DNA of 11,069 nt from Candidatus Fervidifonticultor secundus (GTDB lineage Bacteria > Sysuimicrobiota > Sysuimicrobiia > Sysuimicrobiales > Humicultoraceae): the NCBI GenBank assembly GCA_031459385.1, contig JAVKIP010000042.1, forward strand, positions 1 through 11,069, in the 5' to 3' direction. A program made the position numbers and the translations under genes. The notes below the pieces were generated by a model, which ran no database searches, was not told where the DNA came from, and was given only the letters and a program-made list of their open reading frames with translations. Shown piece after piece: positions 1 to 6,108 of the stretch. Each line of letters begins with the position of its first letter. Position 1 is the stretch's first letter.

Positions 1-441
1 CTAGATGAGCGGACGCGGGAGTGCCTGATGATCGAGATCGACACCTCGTTGCCGGGGGCGCGGGTGATTGAGGTCCTGGAGCGGCTGGTGGCAGAACGTG
101 GCGCGCCCCAGGTAGTGGTCATCGATAACGGCCCCGAGTTCGCGGGCCGAGTGCTGGACCAGTGGGCGTACCAACGGGGCGTCAAGCTCCACTTCATCGC
201 GCCCGGCAAACCGACACAGAACGCCTACGTGGAGAGCTTCAACGGCAAGCTGCGGGATGAGTGCCTGAATGCGCACTGGTTCAGGACGCTCGCCGATGCC
301 CGGCTGACGGTCGAGGCGTGGCGGCAGGAGTACAACCAGGTCCGGCCCCACAGCGCGCTGGGTCAGGCGACGCCTGAAGAGTACGCCCAACAGGAGGTGA
401 TGCTCAAAGAGCTGCTCAAGCCCCAGGCGGCAGTTCCCTAA
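1..441 (+). CDS. IS3-family transposase OrfB, C-terminal rve/integrase core (5'-partial)
   Basis: Frame 1 is open from base 1 ([19 protein letters not shown]...), so the ATG at 28 is internal. Motifs: [40 protein letters not shown]. Exactly 35 residues lie between the D of DNG and the E of VES (D35E spacing). Stop TAA at 439-441. Confidence 0.96.
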   Translation, partial: LDERTRECLMIEIDTSLPGARVIEVLERLVAERGAPQVVVIDNGPEFAGRVLDQWAYQRGVKLHFIAPGKPTQNAYVESFNGKLRDECLNAHWFRTLADARLTVEAWRQEYNQVRPHSALGQATPEEYAQQEVMLKELLKPQAAVP

Positions 442-443
442 TC

Positions 444-470
444 ACTGGACCAAAGAATGGGGGCAGGTCA
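444..470 (-). repeat. Right terminal inverted repeat (IRR) of the IS3/IS407 element
   Basis: Minus strand reads TGACCTGCCCCCATTCTTTGGTCCAG from 470. The inner boundary is approximate because the left IR is outside the window. Confidence 0.8.
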
Positions 471-587
471 GGTGCCGCCGTTCTAGGTGGAAACCGTATT
501 CGACCAGACCTCCTTCGACGACGGTCGGAGTGCGCTTCGACACGTCGGCCCCGGAGTTAATGGGAGGAAAACTGGGAAAGGGCGGCA

Positions 588-613
588 GATCGCGTCGCCG
601 GCGCGCCGCGATC
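588..613 (-). terminator. GC-rich hairpin just downstream of the YwiC-like gene; possible terminator or 3' stabiliser
   Basis: GATCGCG (588-594) pairs with CGCGATC (607-613), plus inner CGC/GCG around a 4-nt loop. It lies 4 nt after the TGA at 618-620. There is no immediate U-run; a pyrimidine-rich tract (CCCTTTCCCAGTTTTCC) follows about 5 nt later on the minus strand. Confidence 0.4.
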
Positions 614-617
614 GACC

Positions 618-1421
618 TCACAGCCCGACCCGCACACCCACTGCGGTCAGCAGCACCATCAGCAGTCCGAAGACCATCTGTCCCCAGCCCACCAGACGCG
701 CGGGCAGGGGCGGGCGCGCGAACGTGTACGTCGAGTAGAGCCCGAGCAACCCCAGGCCGAGAGCGCTGAGCCACGGGCTGAGCCCCCAGGCCGCGGAAGC
801 AACCAAGACAACCAGCGCGGCGCCCTCGGCGACGTAGGCCCCTGCGGGCGACGCGGCCACACCGCGAGCGCGCATCACCTGTGTGCGCGCGTAGAACAGC
901 GCCGCCACCGCCCGCATCGCGAGCACGAGCCACAATCCGGCGGCCACCGACACGGGCCGGCCGCCAGCTAGGGCGATGGCCGCTGCGACGCTCGCCATGG
1001 CCACGGCGCCCGAGACCTCGGGCACGATGTGGCGGCCGCGCAGCCGGGCGTCATACCTGAGCTGGAGCAGCGCCAGCAGCGCGCCCAGGGCCAGCGGCCA
1101 CCAGAACGGCGCACTGGCGCTCCCCACCGCCAGCGCCAGCCCGGCGGCCGACACCGCGGCAAAGCCCAGCCCGATGCGCGCGGCCAAGCCCGTGCGCGGG
1201 TAGCGCGCGCCGCGCCGGCGATCGGTCAGCCACAACCGTAGGGGATGACGGGCCAGGAAGGCCGCCACGGCCGCGATCCCCAGGCCCAGGGCCGCCCATC
1301 CCGGCGCGACGAGCAGCCCGAGCAGCACCGGCTCGAGTGTGAAACCCCACCCGCCGTGCTCGCTGGGAAGGGCAACGGCACGCAGCGAGGCCTGGCCTGC
1401 ACCAGTGGACTGCCGCGTCAG
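618..1421 (-). CDS. YwiC-like family multi-pass membrane protein (about 267 aa; start probably CTG at 1421)
   Basis: Extending the 618..1328 frame upstream gives (L)TRQSTGAGQASLRAVALPSEHGGWGFTLEPVLLGLL. The PxEHGxW..L.P segment is the YwiC-family N-terminal signature. It is followed by several hydrophobic helices, a ...LFYAR... segment and a C-terminal ARLVGWGQM (K/R-x-x-G-x-x-E/Q type) motif. The start position is inferred. Confidence 0.8.
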   Translation of the reverse strand: MTRQSTGAGQASLRAVALPSEHGGWGFTLEPVLLGLLVAPGWAALGLGIAAVAAFLARHPLRLWLTDRRRGARYPRTGLAARIGLGFAAVSAAGLALAVGSASAPFWWPLALGALLALLQLRYDARLRGRHIVPEVSGAVAMASVAAAIALAGGRPVSVAAGLWLVLAMRAVAALFYARTQVMRARGVAASPAGAYVAEGAALVVLVASAAWGLSPWLSALGLGLLGLYSTYTFARPPLPARLVGWGQMVFGLLMVLLTAVGVRVGL

Positions 1422-1783
1422 GACGACCCACCCTGCCCGGGACGCGCTCTGGGGGCCGGGAAGGGAATCAGGCCGGTCTGCCGCTTGACTGCGCCCGGCT
1501 TGTTCTGCGGCACGCGCGGGTGATGGGCGATGTTGAAGTCGAGCCGCTTACCACAGGCACACTCGAGTTCGAGCATCACAGACGCGTCCACCCAGATATT
1601 GCCTGTCGCCTCGGCCCGCTGGCGGGCCGCCGCGATCGCGCCGAAGGCCTGCTCGGCCTCGTCTTCGGCCACTCCCATCTGGCGCATGCCTGACCCGGAC
1701 AACTCATACATCAGCGCCTTCGGGTAGTAGACGCTGTAGCGCCGACCGCAGCCGCCGCACGGGAATGTGAAGACCAGAGCCAT
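1418..1783 (-). CDS. Small hypothetical protein (121 aa) with CxxC and CxC motifs; probable metal (Zn) binding
   Basis: ATG at 1783 directly behind a strong promoter match. FPCGGCGRRY near the N-terminus and LECACGKRL near the C-terminus, with GC-rich third codon positions. The TGA stop (1420-1418) overlaps the start region of the next gene. Confidence 0.75.
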   Translation of the reverse strand: MALVFTFPCGGCGRRYSVYYPKALMYELSGSGMRQMGVAEDEAEQAFGAIAAARQRAEATGNIWVDASVMLELECACGKRLDFNIAHHPRVPQNKPGAVKRQTGLIPFPAPRARPGQGGSS

Positions 1784-1792
1784 GGTGCCCCA

Positions 1793-1822
1793 ATTCTAGG
1801 AACCCGATACAGCCGCCGTCAA
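1793..1822 (-). promoter_or_regulatory. Sigma70-type promoter TTGACG-N18-TAGAAT for the 1783-618 unit
   Basis: Minus strand: TTGACG (1822-1817), 18-nt spacer, TAGAAT (1798-1793). Each box matches consensus at 5/6 in otherwise very GC-rich DNA. The ATG is 9 nt after the -10 box. Confidence 0.7.
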
Positions 1823-1827
1823 TCGGC

Positions 1828-1856
1828 GTGAAGCCGCGCCGAATTTGTGGTACGCT
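1828..1856 (+). promoter_or_regulatory. Extended -10 promoter (TGn-TACGCT) for the plus-strand run
   Basis: TG (1848-1849), G, TACGCT (1851-1856). A weak -35 GTGAAG (1828-1833) sits at 17-nt spacing. It is back-to-back with the minus-strand promoter. Confidence 0.5.
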
Positions 1857-1891
1857 TGAAGAACATGAAGACACGACTCGGGGGGACGATG

Positions 1892-2332
1892 ATGTCCAGG
1901 CCGGCCGCCGCATTCATGATGATCGTGGCAGTGCTCGCCACCTCAGGCATCGCGTACACCGTCGGCGGCGCCGCGGGGCGTCGCGCGGCCCAGGTGGCAA
2001 TCCGTCCTCCCATCGCACAGCCGGCACAGTCGCCGACCCCCTTCACCCCTCCGCTGCGTGAGTTCATCCCGATCCCGGGTCCCGGGGACCAGCAGCCGGG
2101 CCTGCGACCGGGCCAGCAGTCCGGGGAGTGCGAGCCGATCATCCTTTTCTATCACAACGGCCAGCTCTACCAGCTCCGGCCCGGCCAGGGCCCGGAGAGC
2201 GGTCCGGGCCGCCCGGGCTCGCCGCCCGAGTTCTTCTACATGAATCCCTACCAGGGTCCTGCGATTCCGGGCCTACCGGTCCCGCAGCCTGACCGCGGAC
2301 CGGGGTTCTCGCCGGTCAACCCGCGCTCGTAG
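1892..2332 (+). CDS. Pro/Gly/Gln-rich hypothetical exported or membrane-anchored protein (about 146 aa)
   Basis: GGGGGA SD-like at 1881-1886 before ATG 1889/1892; ATG 1865 is an alternative start. N-terminal hydrophobic segment AAAFMMIVAVLATSGIAYTVGG, then low-complexity PG/PQ tracts flanking ECEPIILFYHNGQLYQL. Stop TAG 2330-2332. Confidence 0.7.
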   Translation: MSRPAAAFMMIVAVLATSGIAYTVGGAAGRRAAQVAIRPPIAQPAQSPTPFTPPLREFIPIPGPGDQQPGLRPGQQSGECEPIILFYHNGQLYQLRPGQGPESGPGRPGSPPEFFYMNPYQGPAIPGLPVPQPDRGPGFSPVNPRS

Positions 2333-2351
2333 AACGCGCCGCACGTCCGGA

Positions 2352-3560
2352 GTGGCGCCGACCGCCACCGCGCTCTCGCGTCCTCAGAGCCCGGCCGCCG
2401 CGGCCGCCATCGCGCCGCTGTTGATCGTCCTGGTGGCCATCGAGACAGGCGTCACCTTCTTCGGCACGCTCGTCCCGCAGATCCAACAGGAGTTTGGCGT
2501 CTCGGCGGGCACGGTGGCGCTGGCGCTGTCGGTCTACCACGCGGTGCGGCTGGTGATCAACGTGCCGGCCGGCCGGCTCATCGCGCGCTCGCCCCTGGCG
2601 CGGATGCTCGGCGCCGGGGGCGCGGTCCTCGCCGTCGGCGCGGTCCTCGCCGCGCTGGCGCCCGTCTTTCCGGCGGTGCTGGCCGGCCGCGTGCTGATGG
2701 GCGCAGGGTCGGCAGTGTTCTTCATCACGACACAGTTCTGGATCTCCAAGGTCGCCACGCCGCAGACGAAGGCACGGCTGTTCAGCTACAACCAGCTCGC
2801 GGCGCTGACCGGAAGTGCCCTGGGCCCCGCGCTGGGCGGCGCGGTGGCGGGCTTGCTGTCATGGCGGTACGCGATGGCGATCACCGCGGTTGTCGGCGCG
2901 CTGGCGTTCCTCGGCGCCGGGGCCCTGTCGGACCCGTCGTCGAGGAACAGTGCGGGGGAGACATCCACGCCTGGGGCGACCGATCGCCTGCACGTCGGCC
3001 TCGTGCTGGGTCCGGGTATGATCATGATGGCGCTGTTCTTCTTTCACGGTGGCGTGCTCTCCACGCTGCTCCCGCTGCTGGCGGCCAGGCGCTTTGGGCT
3101 GGGGCCGGCGGGGATCGGCGGGATCCTCATGCTGGGGACAGTGTGGCGTGCCGGCGCCGCGCTGGTCGGCGGGTGGCTGGCCACCTGGCTCGGGACGCGC
3201 CGGGTGGTCACCATGAGCCTGGCGCTGATGGCGGTGACCATTCTGGGACTGCACCTGGCAGACTCCACGCTGGGTCTCGTGGTGGTGGTGTCGGTGATGT
3301 CCTGGGTCAACGTCGGCGGCAGCCTGGTGACCGCGTTGGTCACGGATCTGGTGCCCGAAGCCCACTGGGGCACCGCACTCGGGGTGAACCGCACCCTGGC
3401 CGACGTCGGCGCTATGATTGCACCCCTGCTGGTCGGCTTCGCCATCGACCGATGGGACTTCTCTGCAGCCATCAGCCTGGTCGCCGCGTTCCTCTTCGCC
3501 GTGGCTGTGGCCGCCACCACCCTCATCTCACCGAGGCACCTGCATGCGGCCCGCACGTGA
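2352..3560 (+). CDS. Major facilitator superfamily (MFS) transporter, DHA1/MFS_1-like
   Basis: 402 aa with about 12 hydrophobic segments. Motif-A-like loops (AGRLIARSPLAR; GGWLATWLGTRR), GRVLMGAG (motif B region), antiporter-type motif C GSALGPALGG, and DLVPEAHWGTALG in the C-half. The GTG start has only a weak SD. Confidence 0.92.
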   Translation: MAPTATALSRPQSPAAAAAIAPLLIVLVAIETGVTFFGTLVPQIQQEFGVSAGTVALALSVYHAVRLVINVPAGRLIARSPLARMLGAGGAVLAVGAVLAALAPVFPAVLAGRVLMGAGSAVFFITTQFWISKVATPQTKARLFSYNQLAALTGSALGPALGGAVAGLLSWRYAMAITAVVGALAFLGAGALSDPSSRNSAGETSTPGATDRLHVGLVLGPGMIMMALFFFHGGVLSTLLPLLAARRFGLGPAGIGGILMLGTVWRAGAALVGGWLATWLGTRRVVTMSLALMAVTILGLHLADSTLGLVVVVSVMSWVNVGGSLVTALVTDLVPEAHWGTALGVNRTLADVGAMIAPLLVGFAIDRWDFSAAISLVAAFLFAVAVAATTLISPRHLHAART

Positions 3561-5298
3561 CCGCGCGACCGCACACCAGGCGGCGGCCGCCGCCGCGGCC
3601 GGACGCCGCCCCTTCGACTGGCTGATCACCAATGTGCGGATCGTCAACGTCTACACGGGCGAGGTGCTCCCCGGGCACATCGGGATCGCCGGGGGGCTGT
3701 TTGGCCGGGTCTTCTCGCTGGACGACCCGCTGCCGCCGGCGGCCCAGGTCACCGACGGACGCGGCCGCTTCGCCGTCCCCGGCCTCGTAGACTGCCACCT
3801 GCACATCGAGAGCACCATGGTCATGCCGCCGGCATTTGCCGAAGCGGTGGTCCCGCGCGGCGTGCTCACCGTCACACCCGACCCGCATGAGATCGCCAAC
3901 GTGATGGGGCTGGACGGCGTGCGGCTGATGCTGGAAGCGAGCCGGGGCCTGCCACTGGACGTCTTCTTCCAAGTCCCGTCCAGCGTGCCGGCCACGAATC
4001 TCGAGACCGCGGGCGCCCGGATCGGCCCGGCCGAGGTGGCCGAGGCGCTCTCGTGGGACGGCGTCATCGCCCTGGGCGAGGTGATGGACTACCCGGCGGT
4101 GATCGCCGGTGAGCCGCGGGTGCACGAGATCCTGGCCGAGGCGCTGCGCGCTGGCGCCGTGATTGAAGGACACGCGCCCAACGTCGCGGGCGCCGGCCTG
4201 GCGGCCTTCGTCGCGGCGGGAATCGACTCAGACCACACGTTGATGACGCCCGCGCTGGCCCTGGAGCGGCTGCGCAGCGGCATGACGGTGCTCCTCCAGG
4301 AGAAGTCGCTGTCGCCTGACATCGTGCGGGCGGTCGAGGTGGCCGCGCAGGCGCTGAATCTGTGTTTGGTTACCGATGACGTCCTGCCCGATGACCTGCT
4401 GGCCCGCGGGCACCTGGACCTGGTCCTGCGCGAGGCCGTGCGCATGGGCCTCGACCCGGTCGAGGCGATCCGGGCGGCGACGCTGGCGCCCGCGCGGCGA
4501 ATGCGACTGCACGACCGCGGCGCGATCGCACCCGGGCTGGTGGCGCACCTGGTCCTCGTTGGCGACCTCGAGGAGTTCGCGGCCGAGATGGTCTTCGCCC
4601 GCGGGACCCTGGTGGCGCGGGATGGGGGGCTGGAGCCCGGCGTCATTGCCATCCCGCCGGCGACGGCCGGACGCGGGACGGTGCGTATCGAGGCCCCGAC
4701 GGTCGAGCGATTCCGGATTGCAGCGCCCACCGGACGCCGGGAGGTGCGCGTCCGGGTCATGGAGATGAACCAGGTCAACACGTTCACGAAGTGCGTTGAC
4801 GCGGTGCTGCCCGTCGCAGGCGGGGCCGTGGCCTGGGAGTCCAGCGACCTCTCCCTGGCCGCGGTCTTCGAGCGCCACGGCCGCACCGGGAGCGCAGGCT
4901 ACGGTTTCGTGCGCGGCGCCCTGCGCGAGGGTGCCGTGGCTTCCACCTGGGCGCACGACAGCCACAACCTGCTGGTCGTGGGCCGCAGCCCGCGGGAGAT
5001 GGCCATAGCGGCCCGCTGGGTCGTCGACCACGGTGGCGGCATGGCTGCCGTGCGGGGCGGAACCGTGCTTGCCGGCGTGCCGCTCCCGGTGGCCGGCATC
5101 GTGTCCGATCAGCCGGTCGCAGTGGTGGGCCCACAGGTCGCCGCGCTCCGACGTGCCCTCGCAGACCTGGGGTTTGTCCACCGGTCGCCGATCATGACCC
5201 TGGGAGTGCTCACCCTCGCCGTCAGCCCCGAGCTAAAACTGACCGACCGCGGGCTGGTGGACGTCAACGCCGGCAGGCTGGTGCCACTCTTTGTCTAG
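3544..5298 (+). CDS. ade: Adenine deaminase family amidohydrolase (Ade/AdeC-like, about 584 aa) with a divergent active site
   Basis: PGLVDCHLHIESTM (HxH), DPHEIANVMG, LGEVMDYP, EGHAP, SDH, LVTDD, AHDSHN and C-terminal PELKLTDRGLVDV, the standard Ade architecture. Start moved from 3418 to ATG 3544 (GAGG at 3533-3536, 7-nt spacing; overlaps the MFS stop). True adenine specificity is uncertain. Confidence 0.9.
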   Translation: MRPARDRATAHQAAAAAAAGRRPFDWLITNVRIVNVYTGEVLPGHIGIAGGLFGRVFSLDDPLPPAAQVTDGRGRFAVPGLVDCHLHIESTMVMPPAFAEAVVPRGVLTVTPDPHEIANVMGLDGVRLMLEASRGLPLDVFFQVPSSVPATNLETAGARIGPAEVAEALSWDGVIALGEVMDYPAVIAGEPRVHEILAEALRAGAVIEGHAPNVAGAGLAAFVAAGIDSDHTLMTPALALERLRSGMTVLLQEKSLSPDIVRAVEVAAQALNLCLVTDDVLPDDLLARGHLDLVLREAVRMGLDPVEAIRAATLAPARRMRLHDRGAIAPGLVAHLVLVGDLEEFAAEMVFARGTLVARDGGLEPGVIAIPPATAGRGTVRIEAPTVERFRIAAPTGRREVRVRVMEMNQVNTFTKCVDAVLPVAGGAVAWESSDLSLAAVFERHGRTGSAGYGFVRGALREGAVASTWAHDSHNLLVVGRSPREMAIAARWVVDHGGGMAAVRGGTVLAGVPLPVAGIVSDQPVAVVGPQVAALRRALADLGFVHRSPIMTLGVLTLAVSPELKLTDRGLVDVNAGRLVPLFV

Positions 5299-5309
5299 AG
5301 GAGACGACC

Positions 5310-6047
5310 GTGACGACCGAACTCCCGCAGCGCCATCTGAAGGTCACGCGCGGCGCCGTGGCGCGCACTGTGCTGATCCCCGGCGATCCGGCCCGCGCCG
5401 AGAAGATCGCAGCGCGCCTCGAGGACGCCCGCGAGGTCATCCGCAACCGGGAGTTCCTGGGATTCACCGGCATGACCCGGGGCATACCGCTCTCGGTGTG
5501 CTCCACCGGTATCGGCGGTCCGTCCGCATCCATTGCGGTCGAGGAACTGTGCAACCTGGGCGCCGACACGTTCATCCGTGTGGGCTCCGCCGGCGGTCGG
5601 CAGCCCGAGATCGAGGTCGGCAGCCTGGTCGTCGTGACCGCGGCGCACCGCGATGAGGGCACGGCGCTGGCCTACCTGCCGCTGGGGTTTCCGGCGGTGG
5701 CCGATCTCGCCGTCACGCAGGCCTTGACGGACGCCGCACGCGCACTGGGGCACCGGCCCTTCGTGGGCGTTGCGACGTCCAGAGACGCGTTCTACCGCAA
5801 AGACGCGGCGCTCGCCGACCTGCTCACCCGGGAGGGGCACATCGTGGCTGCGGAGCAAGAGTGCGCTGCGGTGTTCATCGTGGCCCACGTGCGCCGGGCG
5901 CGGGCCGGAGCCGTGCTGGCCATTGACTCCAATATCCTGCGCGAGAGGCTCCCACCCGAGGAGGCCGCGGCGCGGTTTGGGGCCGCAGAGGCCGCGGCGA
6001 TCGAGGTGGCGATCGAGGCGGCCCGCCGGATGGAGCTGTCCAGGTGA
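5310..6047 (+). CDS. Nucleoside phosphorylase, NP-I family (Udp/DeoD-like, PNP_UDP_1)
   Basis: GAGGAG SD at 5298-5303 before GTG 5310. Motifs: N-terminal His (QRHL), PGDPARA, NREF, STGIGGPS, FIRVGSAG, RDEG, SRDAFYR, and EQE at the EME position. 245 aa. Confidence 0.92.
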   Translation: MTTELPQRHLKVTRGAVARTVLIPGDPARAEKIAARLEDAREVIRNREFLGFTGMTRGIPLSVCSTGIGGPSASIAVEELCNLGADTFIRVGSAGGRQPEIEVGSLVVVTAAHRDEGTALAYLPLGFPAVADLAVTQALTDAARALGHRPFVGVATSRDAFYRKDAALADLLTREGHIVAAEQECAAVFIVAHVRRARAGAVLAIDSNILRERLPPEEAAARFGAAEAAAIEVAIEAARRMELSR

Positions 6048-6108
6048 CGGGACCAGCCGCCCTCATCTGACGGGACCGCGCGAAAACTTTCCGAATCCGA
6101 GGTCGAGG

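Larger units (their letters stand above)
1..470 (+). mobile_element. IS3-family insertion sequence (IS407 group), 3' part only; truncated by the window start
   Basis: Integrase-core transposase ORF (1-441) followed 29 nt later by a terminus ...GGGGGCAGGTCA at 470. Its reverse complement TGACCTGCCCCC matches the TG...CA ends typical of IS407-group elements as I recall them. The left end and target duplication are not visible. Confidence 0.92.

Noticed and set aside
391..403. Perfect SD-like AGGAGGT followed by ATG near the end of the transposase
   Set aside because: The ATG is only 1 nt from the SD and is in frame with the last residues of OrfB (QEVM); a coding coincidence.
513..548. Twin hairpins as a guanidine-II (mini-ykkC) riboswitch, tempting given the ureohydrolase
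   Set aside because: Loops are GACG/CACG, not the G-ACGR-C consensus, and no guanidine-related gene lies downstream.
486..560. tRNA remnant or c-di-GMP riboswitch (TTCGA and GGAAACC words)
   Set aside because: No cloverleaf, no GGTTCGA T-arm stem, and the remaining riboswitch consensus elements are absent.
442..933. Minus-strand 163-aa ORF and plus-strand ORFs 487..738 and 530..769
   Set aside because: Arg/Ala/Pro-rich shadow frames overlapping the YwiC-like gene and the IS end, with no recognisable domain.
3418..3625. Deaminase start at 3418, and a GTGA-coupled start at 3557
   Set aside because: 3418 lies deep in the MFS gene and adds non-homologous sequence. GTG 3557 is out of frame and stops at 3625. 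ATG 3544 with a GAGG SD fits best.
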